From the NCBI GenBank assembly GCA_030167145.1, contig CP126532.1, forward strand, positions 3,060,001 through 3,092,000: a DNA stretch of 32,000 bases. The letters run 5' to 3'. This stretch comes from Ktedonobacterales bacterium (GTDB taxonomy: Bacteria > Chloroflexota > Ktedonobacteria > Ktedonobacterales > JADMIN01). The translations under genes and the position numbers were made by a program. Every line of letters begins with the position of its first letter. Within the stretch, counting starts at the first letter, position 1. Of the stretch, positions 8,166 through 16,538 are shown piece by piece. The notes under the pieces are model-generated. The model did no database searches, was not told the origin of the DNA, and worked only from the letters and a program-made list of their open reading frames with translations.

Positions 8166-10657
8166 GGCAACGTGAACCACATCGTTGTTCCGCGCCCCAC
8201 CACGCTTTTCACGTGAATCCGCCCCCCGTGCAACTCTATCAATTTGCGGCTGATGTACAATCCAAGGCCCAGGCTCACGTCAGCGGTCTGCTGCGCCGTG
8301 ATACCTGGAACGCGGTAGAATCGGTCGAACAGGTGCGGGATCGCTTCGGCGGGGATGCCAGGTCCTTGATCCTGGATACTCACACGAATCTCCTGCACAG
8401 CCTTCGCGCGCGCGCCGTGCTGTCGCGTGCCATTGCGCTTCATCACACGACGCACCTCCACCTGAACGGGTCGCTCGGCGGGAGAATACTTGAGGGCATT
8501 GGAAAGCAAATTTGCCACCACCTGCGTAATGCGGACCGCATCAGCCTCGGTTTCAAGCGGTCTACCAGGAAGCTTTGCCACAATGGTACGTCCTGTCGCA
8601 GTCGCCTGACCGTCAATTACCCGCTGACAGAGCGCAACCACATCACACGGCTGCTTATCAAGAGTCAGTGTTTCGGATTCCATCTTCGCGGCGTCGAGCA
8701 GGTCATTCACCAGGATGTTGATCCGTTCGATATCCTGTTCGATAGGCGCGAACGCCTCAAATATGACCGCTTTGCCCCGCGCGAGACCGATACGCAGCAT
8801 CTGCACGCGTGCTTTCATACTCGTGAGCGGCTGCCGCAGCTCATGCGCGACAACCTGGAGCATGTCCGAGCGTTCGCGTTCCATCTGCCGCTCGTCGGTC
8901 ACATCGCGGAACACGCACACCGCGCCAGTAATGCGATCTGCCGCGTCGCGGATAGGCGCCCCACTGATACTCACGCCAATGTCGCGCCCATCCAGAGTCC
9001 GCAGGGTGAGATCCAGCCGGTTGGAGCCAGTCAGCACCTCGCCACGCAGCGCACGATGTACAGCCCACTGCTCCTGCGAAATCAGCTTTCCCTGCATATC
9101 ACGAGCTGGCATCAAAGGCACCCGCTCTGAAAGCGATCTCGCCGTGAAATCTGGCTCGGCATCCATGGCAAGCAGAGTACGCACTGTCGGATTCATGCGT
9201 GTCACTCGGCCCTCAGCATCATATGCGGCGATACCGTCGGCCACCGCCTCAAAGATGGCCTCCAGCTCACTTGCCCGCGCTCGTGCCGCTCGCTCCAACT
9301 GCCGCCGTTCAGTCACCTCATGGCACACGATCACCGCGCCCTCAATCCGCCCGTCCGCTGCTCGTAGTGGCGCTGCGCTTACCAGTACACTATGCTCCTT
9401 GCCCCGCAGGTCAAAGAACCGCTCTTCCATCGCTTTGCTATCACCCAGCGATTGACCACGCAGCGCATAGGACGTTGCCCAATGCTCCGGCGGTATGAGC
9501 TGCCCCGCGACATCGTATACGTCGAGCTGCCCTACTGCTTTGTTGGCCTCATCATCCGCTATGTCACGCGTGGTATCGAATCCCAACATACGTCGCATCG
9601 CGCCGTTGGTTCGCACCACCGTGCGGTCAGGCGCATAGACCACGACGCCATCAGTGATCGCCTCGAATATCGTCGTAAGCTCATGCGCGGTCGCCACTGC
9701 ACTCCGTTGCAGTTGCCGCCGTTCGGTAATTTCGAGGAAGGCGACGACACCGCCTATGATGGCTCCGCTCGCGTCGCGCATCGGCGCCGCATTGTTCAGT
9801 ATCGCCTTACGCTTGCCCGCGAACGACTCTATCTCTATTTCTTCGCCAATCACCACCTCACCATGTTGCAGTGCGCGCGCAAGCCCCCAATCTTCCGCCG
9901 CTATGCGGCGTCCATCCGGCCACCATCCACGAAGCTCAGCATAACGTTCGATGCGATCTGGCAGAGACGCATCTTCGCCCCACAACTCTGTAAAGACCGG
10001 ATTGAGCATGGTGGCGCGCCCCTGAGCGTCCGCGATTGCCACTCCAACCGGGAGCACATCCAGGAGTTGCTGGAGATGTACGTTATCCGCTTGCTCTGCG
10101 GTCGGCGTTTGCTGACGTTCCGCCTCAACGCGATCAGGATGATCAATGTGCGCACCCACCCAGGCGCGAATCACCCCGTCATCTGTGCGCACCGGCACGC
10201 CATGAACGAGAAACGTGCGATATACACCATCGTGACGCCGCAGACGATGCTCCGAGGAAAAGGTGCGCTCCTCGCGGACGGCGGTAGCCCACTCCCGCCA
10301 CACGCGGGCGCGGTCATCGGGATGGATCACCGTCCAGAAGCCCTGTTGACGCAGCTCCTCAGCACTCTGACCCGTATAGGCGCGCCAGCTTGGGCTGTCT
10401 TGCTGCGCCAGCCCTTCGCCGTTCACCGTCCAGGTGATCTGCGCCAATGCCTCGACCAGCGCACGGTAATGACCGTCGCTCTGGGCATCGTGAGGTGCTG
10501 GCAACATCATACCGGAATGAATCTGAGGGTGTGAATCATGAGACCCAGCGGAGGCTTCCCCAGATGGCGTGGGTCCGAGACCTTGGGCAGAAGGCTCCGG
10601 CTGGTTATACCCCATGTCATATCCGCACTTTCTTGGCAACTGCGAACACACATACAT
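8132..10657 (-). CDS. Multi-PAS sensor histidine kinase
   Basis: Four PAS-like modules (…AQITWTVNGEG, LLDVLPVGVAIADAQGR, IFEAITDGVVVYAPDRT, IFEAVADGIAAYDAEGR). HisKA H-box VVAHELRQPLTSM. HATPase_c region DQGPGIP...GLGLYISRKLIELHGGRI. The start is uncertain (10657, 10615 or 10510); none has a good SD. Confidence 0.85.
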   Translation of the reverse strand: MYVCSQLPRKCGYDMGYNQPEPSAQGLGPTPSGEASAGSHDSHPQIHSGMMLPAPHDAQSDGHYRALVEALAQITWTVNGEGLAQQDSPSWRAYTGQSAEELRQQGFWTVIHPDDRARVWREWATAVREERTFSSEHRLRRHDGVYRTFLVHGVPVRTDDGVIRAWVGAHIDHPDRVEAERQQTPTAEQADNVHLQQLLDVLPVGVAIADAQGRATMLNPVFTELWGEDASLPDRIERYAELRGWWPDGRRIAAEDWGLARALQHGEVVIGEEIEIESFAGKRKAILNNAAPMRDASGAIIGGVVAFLEITERRQLQRSAVATAHELTTIFEAITDGVVVYAPDRTVVRTNGAMRRMLGFDTTRDIADDEANKAVGQLDVYDVAGQLIPPEHWATSYALRGQSLGDSKAMEERFFDLRGKEHSVLVSAAPLRAADGRIEGAVIVCHEVTERRQLERAARARASELEAIFEAVADGIAAYDAEGRVTRMNPTVRTLLAMDAEPDFTARSLSERVPLMPARDMQGKLISQEQWAVHRALRGEVLTGSNRLDLTLRTLDGRDIGVSISGAPIRDAADRITGAVCVFRDVTDERQMERERSDMLQVVAHELRQPLTSMKARVQMLRIGLARGKAVIFEAFAPIEQDIERINILVNDLLDAAKMESETLTLDKQPCDVVALCQRVIDGQATATGRTIVAKLPGRPLETEADAVRITQVVANLLSNALKYSPAERPVQVEVRRVMKRNGTRQHGARAKAVQEIRVSIQDQGPGIPAEAIPHLFDRFYRVPGITAQQTADVSLGLGLYISRKLIELHGGRIHVKSVVGRGTTMWFTLPYSSGSISPVS

Positions 10658-10779
10658 CCAAATCTGGCATCATAGTGCGAAGGAGAGCAGTACAGAACCG
10701 ACACAGCATTGTGTGTGGCTTCTGCGCGCCGTACCGATCATACGCTGTTGATTTCGCGTATGACGTTCAGGGCATGTGG

Positions 10780-10807
10780 AAAAGGCCCCGCGAGTACGGA
10801 GCCTTTT
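10780..10807 (-). terminator. Rho-independent terminator candidate downstream of the thiolase gene
   Basis: Minus strand reads AAAA-GGCTCCG-TACTCG-CGGGGCC-TTTTCC. This is a 7-bp stem with one G-U pair, a 6-nt loop and a T4 tail, about 90 nt after the stop. Confidence 0.5.
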
Positions 10808-10895
10808 GACTACCAGCAAATTAGATGCCGATGCAATCGCTGTGCGCATCACTCCTTCCCGCAGCAAGGAAAGGGGATTCTACGAGGCAAATGCG

Positions 10896-12038
10896 CTATA
10901 TCCGCTCGATGATCGTCGCCGTGCCCAGCCCGCCGCCGCAGCACATCGTCTCCAGCCCGTAGCGCCCCCCGCGCCGCTCCAGCTCGTGCAGCAGCGTCAC
11001 CGCCAGCCGCGCGCCCGAACACCCCAGCGGATGCCCCAGCGCGATAGCGCCACCGTTCACGTTCACGCGCGCCATATCCGGGTGTAGCTCGCGCTCCCAC
11101 GCCAGCACCACCGACGCGAACGCCTCGTTGATCTCGATCAGGTCCATCTGCTCCAGCGTCAGCTCCGCTTTCGCCAGGATCGCCTTCGTCGCCGGAATCG
11201 GCCCCGTCAGCATCGTCACTGGGTCCACGCCCACCACCTTCTGCGCCACAATCCGCGCGCGTGGCCGCAGTCCGAGCGCCGCCGCTTTCTCCGGCGTCAT
11301 CAACAGCAGCGCCGCCGCGCCATCGCTCACCTGGCTGCTACTCCCCGCCGTAATCTTGCCGTCAGCCTTGAATGGTGGTTGCAACGTCGCTAGCCGTTCC
11401 ATCGTCGTATCCCGGCGGATACCCTCATCCTTCGTGAACACCGTCCCATCTTCTAGCGCCACCGGCATGAGCTCGCGGTCGAAGTAGCCCGCATCCTGCG
11501 CCGCCGCCGCCAATTGGTGACTCCGCAGCCCAAAGGCGTCCAGTTCCTCACGGCTGATGTTCCACTGGTCGGCGATCATCTCCGCCGAGACGCCCTGATG
11601 CACCATCGGGTAGAGTTCCATCAGCGACGGCGGGAACGGATTGCCACCCGTCGCAATAGACGACCCAATCGGCAGCCTCGTCATGCTCTCCACGCCGCCC
11701 GCAATTGTCACATCGCAGACCCCCGCCTGGATCAGATTCGCCGCGAAGTGCAGCGCCTGCTGTCCCGAACCGCACTGGCGATCCACCGTCGTCGCGGGCA
11801 CCTCCATCGGAAACCCCGCCTGTAGCACTGCGTTGCGCGCGATATTCAAGCCCTGCTCGCCCACCTGGCTCACGCAGCCAAACACCACATCCTCGACTAT
11901 CGCCGCCTCAATCCCCGCGCGCCGCACCAGTTCGCGCAGCGCCATCGCTCCCAGCACCACCGGATGCGTATCCTTCAGCGCGCCGTTGCGCCGCCCAATC
12001 GGCGTCCGCACGGCCTCGACGATCACCACGTCACGCAT
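10896..12038 (-). CDS. Acetyl-CoA C-acetyltransferase (thiolase II)
   Basis: MRDVVIVEAVRTPIGRRNG..., active-site VDRQCGSGQQA, NVNGGAIALGHPLGCSG, CCGGGLGTA. GGAGG precedes ATG 12038. The 12149 start in the track adds 37 non-conserved residues. Confidence 0.9.
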   Translation of the reverse strand: MRDVVIVEAVRTPIGRRNGALKDTHPVVLGAMALRELVRRAGIEAAIVEDVVFGCVSQVGEQGLNIARNAVLQAGFPMEVPATTVDRQCGSGQQALHFAANLIQAGVCDVTIAGGVESMTRLPIGSSIATGGNPFPPSLMELYPMVHQGVSAEMIADQWNISREELDAFGLRSHQLAAAAQDAGYFDRELMPVALEDGTVFTKDEGIRRDTTMERLATLQPPFKADGKITAGSSSQVSDGAAALLLMTPEKAAALGLRPRARIVAQKVVGVDPVTMLTGPIPATKAILAKAELTLEQMDLIEINEAFASVVLAWERELHPDMARVNVNGGAIALGHPLGCSGARLAVTLLHELERRGGRYGLETMCCGGGLGTATIIERI

Positions 12039-12117
12039 AGCTCGCACCTCCGCTCTCGTATTCGTCTCGTACTCGTTTCTCGTATTTGCTCGCATGCCTG
12101 CGCACATCGTGTGCTCT

Positions 12118-12960
12118 TCAAGGTACATTATATGCCGCACATCGCTCATTCACCCTGGCTCGCCTCGCGTACCGACGCGCCTCGTTCAGCATATAGCGCA
12201 CGAACTCCAATGTCGCGGCGAAGTCTGCCAGATCAGCGCGCTCGCGCACAGCAACCGCTGGATTCGGACGTCCCGCCCACGTGCGATCAATCAGCCCCAC
12301 CCACGCAGCATCCAGATGCGCCTTCGCCCATTCGGCCCCCGCCCGCTTCGAGCCAGGGTAGCCGGTATGCAGATCGTGCAGCATCCGGCAATATTGCAAA
12401 ACAACATAGCTTTGATAGAATCGGTTATTGTATTCATCGGGATGCGCCAGAATCTCATCCCCCCACTTCCGCATCTTTGCCAGGATTTCCCCACGCAGCG
12501 CCACCACCGGCATCGCGTCAACCAGCGTCACGGGCGCAGGCCCAGCCAGCGTCACGCCATGCTCGCGCAGCACCCACCGCACCACGATGGTATTGCAGTG
12601 CGCCGACTGAATCAGTTCGCTGCTCCCGTGATCCAGAAACCAGAGCCAGGCATCGCGCTCCGCATGCTGCCGCAAGGCGCGCTGGGGATAGTACGACCCC
12701 TCCAAATGCTGTGCCCACGCGCTGTCGCGACCATACACCCGCTCATGCATGCCATGTAAAGCCGCGACCTCGCCCTCCGCCAACTCCTCTTTCACCACGA
12801 CAATGAAATCCACGTCGCTATGCGCATCGAAATCACCCACCGCGAACGACCCTTGCAGATACGCCCCCACGAAATTGCCGCCAAGAATCGTCCGCACACT
12901 CTGCGCCAGATCCGCCAGCACGCTATTGAGTTCGGCATAGGGCGTCGGAAGTTTCTCCAC
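12118..12960 (-). CDS. Nucleotidyltransferase of the aminoglycoside adenylyltransferase (ANT/AadA-like, NTase + DUF4111) type
   Basis: NTase motif YLQGSFAVGDFDAHSDVDFIVVV, with an AadA-like helical C-terminal half. GAGGAGG lies 7 nt before GTG 12960. Confidence 0.75.
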   Translation of the reverse strand: MEKLPTPYAELNSVLADLAQSVRTILGGNFVGAYLQGSFAVGDFDAHSDVDFIVVVKEELAEGEVAALHGMHERVYGRDSAWAQHLEGSYYPQRALRQHAERDAWLWFLDHGSSELIQSAHCNTIVVRWVLREHGVTLAGPAPVTLVDAMPVVALRGEILAKMRKWGDEILAHPDEYNNRFYQSYVVLQYCRMLHDLHTGYPGSKRAGAEWAKAHLDAAWVGLIDRTWAGRPNPAVAVRERADLADFAATLEFVRYMLNEARRYARRARVNERCAAYNVP

Positions 12961-13196
12961 CTCGTCACCTCCTCACCAAAGCGAAACAACCCACGCCAAC
13001 ACCATATCCCTGCCAGACGCCCTCCACCTCTCAGATTTTTGCCCATCCTTCCACGCGCCATCACATCACCTGAAGCACTCCACCTCCTTGCCCGCTCCTC
13101 ATCCATGTCCCCACCTGTCCCCATTCGACCACATCTGTCTCCGTATACCCCTCCCCCGCATGCTACACTACCCACCAGCGCCGTCCACCACCGCGC

Positions 13197-13264
13197 AAGG
13201 AGCAACGCGCATGCAACAAAAAATCGGCCAAAGGAGCAACGCGCATGCAACAAAAAATCGGCCA
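13197..13264 (+). repeat. Perfect 34-bp tandem duplication (2 units)
   Basis: AAGGAGCAACGCGCATGCAACAAAAAATCGGCCA occurs at 13197-13230 and identically at 13231-13264. Confidence 0.95.
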
Positions 13265-13283
13265 CTGGCACTTCACAAAATAC

Positions 13284-13493
13284 AAAAATCGGCAGAATCG
13301 GCAGAATCGGCAACTCCGGTGGGGGCGGACATTCGTGTCTGCCGGGCAAATATCGGCCATATCGGCAACTCATATCTGCGGCGAAAACGGCGAAAATCCC
13401 CCAGACATCTCCGGACGATTCCCGTCATTCACCCCCATGCAACCGCAAAAATCGGCAGAATCGGCAACTCACACAATCGGCCATATCGGCCAC
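13284..13493 (+). repeat. Array of 9-nt-periodic micro-repeats (ATCGGCNNN and CGGCGAAAA units)
   Basis: ATCGGCAGA x2 plus ATCGGCAAC (13288-13314). ATCGGCCAT-ATCGGCAAC (13352-13369). CGGCGAAAA x2 (13379-13396). ATCGGCAGA-ATCGGCAAC (13451-13468). ATCGGCCAT-ATCGGCCAC (13476-13493). Confidence 0.9.
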
Positions 13494-13745
13494 CGCCTCT
13501 GCGCGCCCCTCTCCCCGTGGGGCGAGCAACGCGAAGCCCCGCCGAGCGCGTAGCCCCTCCGAGCCGTTCCGAGGAGGGGCCGGGGGAGAGGTTCTTACCC
13601 CACCCGCTTGCCCTCGCGCTGCCAATGCACTACCATATGCACGCGCACCATGCACGCGAACACGCAACCTGACCGCAACATCATCTCGTCCATATACCCC
13701 CGCCATTCGTGAGCGGAAACGTCATCATACAAGGAGCAACCCATC

Positions 13746-15065
13746 ATGGCGGATATTCGACCCTTCCCCGGCATACGCTACGCCCAGAGCGACAACCTCG
13801 CCGCCCTCGTCACTCCCCCCTACGACGTCATCTCGCCCGACGCCCAGCAGCGCTACTACGAACGCGACCCCCACAACATCATCCGCCTGGAGCTTGGCCG
13901 CGAAACGCCCAGCGATGACGAACTCGATAACCGCTACACCCGCGCCGCCCGCGACTTCGCCGAATGGCGGCTCCACGGCATCCTCGCCCAGGACGCCCCC
14001 GCGCTCTACCTCTACGAACAGCGCTTCACCGTCACTGGCGCGCAGCATCGCCGCCTCGGCCTGCTCGCCCGTGTGCGCCTGGAGCCGTGGGAGGCGGGCG
14101 TCATTCTGCCACACGAGTACACCCTCAGCAAGCCCAAAGACGACCGCCTCAAGCTATTTCGCGCCTGTGCCGCCAACCTCAGCCCGCTCATGACGCTCTA
14201 CGACGACCCCACCGGCGAACTCGCCCGCGACCTCGAAACCATCACCCAGACCGCACCCCTAGCGGACTTCGCCGACGAAACCGGCGAACAACACCGCCTC
14301 TGGTCGCTCACCGATCCCGCCGCCACAGCGCGCGTCGCCGCCTTCTTCGCGGATCGCCAACTGTATATCGCCGACGGCCACCATCGCTACGAAACCTCGC
14401 TCACCTATCGCGACGAACAGGCGACGCTCCGCAAAGAACCGCTCGCACCCGACGACCCCGCCAACTTCGTCCTCATGTCGCTCTCCGCCATCGAAGACCC
14501 CGGCCTCGTCGTGCTGCCCACCCATCGCGTCCTGCGCGGCCTTGATCTCACCCGCCTTGCCGACCTGGATGCCGCGCTTCAGCCATCCTTCGCGCTGGAG
14601 CCGCTGCCCACCCTCGATGACGCCACCGCTGTGCTGGCCCGCGCCCAGGCGGCAGGCGACACCGCCTTTGTCCTCGTCCGCCCCGAAGGCGACCCGCTGC
14701 TCCTGCGCCTCACCGACGCTGGCCGCGACGCGATGGCCCAGCTTACCGGCGAGCAGGCCAGCGCCTCCGCCGCCTGGCGTCGCCTCGACCTCGCCGTCCT
14801 GCATGAGCTAGTCCTCAACCGCGCCCTCGGTATCACGCCCGATATGGTGCGCGCTGGCGAGCACGTCACCTATACCCGCGACGCCGACGCCGCCATCCGC
14901 GACGTGCGCGACCATCGCGACGGCGCGGCGCTGGCCGTGCTGGTCAATCCCACGCCGCCCGCCGCCATCCGCGACGTAGCCCGCACCGGCGACCGCATGC
15001 CCCAGAAGTCCACCTACTTCTATCCCAAACTCATCACCGGCCTGGTCATCAACCCGCTCTGGTGA
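13746..15065 (+). CDS. DUF1015 family protein
   Basis: MADIRPFPGIRY...PPYDVISPD...YIADGHHRYETSL...MPQKSTYFYPKLITGLVINPL, characteristic of DUF1015. AAGGAG lies 9 nt before the ATG. Confidence 0.85.
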   Translation: MADIRPFPGIRYAQSDNLAALVTPPYDVISPDAQQRYYERDPHNIIRLELGRETPSDDELDNRYTRAARDFAEWRLHGILAQDAPALYLYEQRFTVTGAQHRRLGLLARVRLEPWEAGVILPHEYTLSKPKDDRLKLFRACAANLSPLMTLYDDPTGELARDLETITQTAPLADFADETGEQHRLWSLTDPAATARVAAFFADRQLYIADGHHRYETSLTYRDEQATLRKEPLAPDDPANFVLMSLSAIEDPGLVVLPTHRVLRGLDLTRLADLDAALQPSFALEPLPTLDDATAVLARAQAAGDTAFVLVRPEGDPLLLRLTDAGRDAMAQLTGEQASASAAWRRLDLAVLHELVLNRALGITPDMVRAGEHVTYTRDADAAIRDVRDHRDGAALAVLVNPTPPAAIRDVARTGDRMPQKSTYFYPKLITGLVINPLW

Positions 15066-15222
15066 ACTATATCGGAGGTTTCTCCATGTCGCTCGATTCC
15101 CAAGTCCGCCTGCGCGGACTTCGCGGCCAACGGCCATCCAGGCGCGGTTTCAACCGCCAGTCCGCTGTGATACCATGTTGGCAGACAGTAATGTAGCGTA
15201 GAAAGACGGAGACGCAAAAGCG

Positions 15223-16524
15223 ATGATGATACTCGTCGTCGGCGCCGGACTCGCCGGCCTCACCTGCGCCAAAGCGCTCGTCGAAGCCGGACACGATGTG
15301 CGTGTGCTCGAAGCCGCCGATCATGTCGGTGGCCGCGTGCGCACCGACGCCAGCGCCGACGGCTTCCTGCTGGATCGTGGCTTCCAGGTGCTCTTCACCG
15401 CGTACCCCGCCGTCCAGCGTCATCTCGATCTGCCCGCGCTCAAGCCGCATGCCTTCCTCCCCGGCGCGGTGCTGATCCGCGACGGCAAGTGGCATGAACT
15501 GGGCGACTATCACCAGCGGCTCACCATGCTCGGCCCCACCCTCGCCAATCCGCTGCTGCCCTTCGGCGACAAGCGGCGAACGCTGCGCCTGCGCCGCTAT
15601 GTCCGCCGCCGCTCGCTCGACGCGCTCTTTCACAAGCCGCTCAAAAGCCGCAAGAGCAGCGGCGACCTCTCCGCCTATGATGAGCTGCGCCGCCGTCACT
15701 TCAGCGATAGCGGCTTCATAGATAGCTTCGCCCGCCCGTTCTTTGGCGGCATCTTCCTCGACCGCGAGCTAACTACCAGCGCCCGCGCCTTCCTCGCCAC
15801 CTTCAAGATGCTTGCCAGCGGCAAAACCGTCATCCCCGAACTCGGCATGGGAGCGATCGCCGATCAACTCGCCGCCAAACTTCCCGCCAGCGCCATCCGC
15901 CTGGAGACCCGCGTCGAGAGCATCGTCGAAGCCGATGGCCGCGCCGTCGGCGTCACCCTCACCGGCGGCGAAGAGATGCAAGGCGACGCCGTCGTCATCG
16001 CCACCGACGCCCAGACCGCCGAACGCCTGACCAAACGCGACCTCCCCAGCGACCCCGTTCCGGTCACCTGCGTCTACTTCGGCACCACCGAGAGCCTCTA
16101 CTCCGGCCCCAAACTGCTGCTCAACGCCAACCCCGATGCCTTCGTCAACAACGCCGTGCAGCTTTCCAACCTCTCGCCGGCCTATGCGCCCACAGGACAG
16201 CATCTGCTCTCCGTCACCGTGCTGGGCATGCCAGAGCTGACCGATACCGAGCTAGCGAGCCGTTGCCGCGACGATATGGCCTCCTGGTTCCCTGGCAAGG
16301 ACCTCACCAGACTGCGCCACCTCGCCACCTATCGCATCCGCTTCGCGCAGTTCCGCCAGCCCCCTGGCATCTTCGAAGGCCTGCCCGCCAACGCCACCTC
16401 GGTCGAGGGACTCTTCGTTGCCGGTGAATACACCGAAGCCAGCAGCATCAACGGCGCGATGACCAGCGGCGAGAAGGCTGCCCAGGCCGTCCTTGCCTCC
16501 TTCGAGGCCGCCAGCGAAGAATAG
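15223..16524 (+). CDS. FAD/NAD(P)-binding amine-oxidase/phytoene-desaturase-like oxidoreductase
   Basis: N-terminal Rossmann motif ILVVGAGLAGLTCAKALVEAGHDVRVLEAADHVGGRVRT. C-terminal FVAGEYT...SINGAMTSGEKAA. Confidence 0.85.
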   Translation: MMILVVGAGLAGLTCAKALVEAGHDVRVLEAADHVGGRVRTDASADGFLLDRGFQVLFTAYPAVQRHLDLPALKPHAFLPGAVLIRDGKWHELGDYHQRLTMLGPTLANPLLPFGDKRRTLRLRRYVRRRSLDALFHKPLKSRKSSGDLSAYDELRRRHFSDSGFIDSFARPFFGGIFLDRELTTSARAFLATFKMLASGKTVIPELGMGAIADQLAAKLPASAIRLETRVESIVEADGRAVGVTLTGGEEMQGDAVVIATDAQTAERLTKRDLPSDPVPVTCVYFGTTESLYSGPKLLLNANPDAFVNNAVQLSNLSPAYAPTGQHLLSVTVLGMPELTDTELASRCRDDMASWFPGKDLTRLRHLATYRIRFAQFRQPPGIFEGLPANATSVEGLFVAGEYTEASSINGAMTSGEKAAQAVLASFEAASEE

Positions 16525-16538
16525 GAGTGTGCGTTCAG

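Noticed and set aside
8213-10534. Series of long + ORFs (8213..9130, 8715..9455, 9392..10534) antisense to the histidine kinase
   Set aside because: The minus frame encodes contiguous PAS, HisKA and HATPase motifs. The + ORFs overlap each other in different frames and are Arg/Ser/His-rich shadows.
11641-12806. 372-aa and 280-aa + ORFs spanning the thiolase and ANT-like genes
   Set aside because: They lie antisense to two genes with clear catalytic motifs, and they run straight across the intergenic gap. This is a GC-driven artefact.
13197-13493. Considered whether the repeats form a CRISPR array
   Set aside because: The units are 9 nt, or a 34-nt doublet, and directly abut. There are no 25-40-nt unique spacers between constant repeats of 24 nt or longer. 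No cas genes and no leader are present.
12820-14193. 457-aa, 194-aa and 102-aa + ORFs across the repeat-rich spacer (including tripeptide-repeat readings such as SAESAESAT, IGRIGNS, CGENGEN)
   Set aside because: All three + frames are open simultaneously because the tract is G-depleted (no TAG or TGA). The 457-aa ORF also runs antisense through the ANT gene and out of frame into the DUF1015 gene. I kept the small SD-ATG ORFs only as a low-probability possibility under the 34-bp repeat finding.
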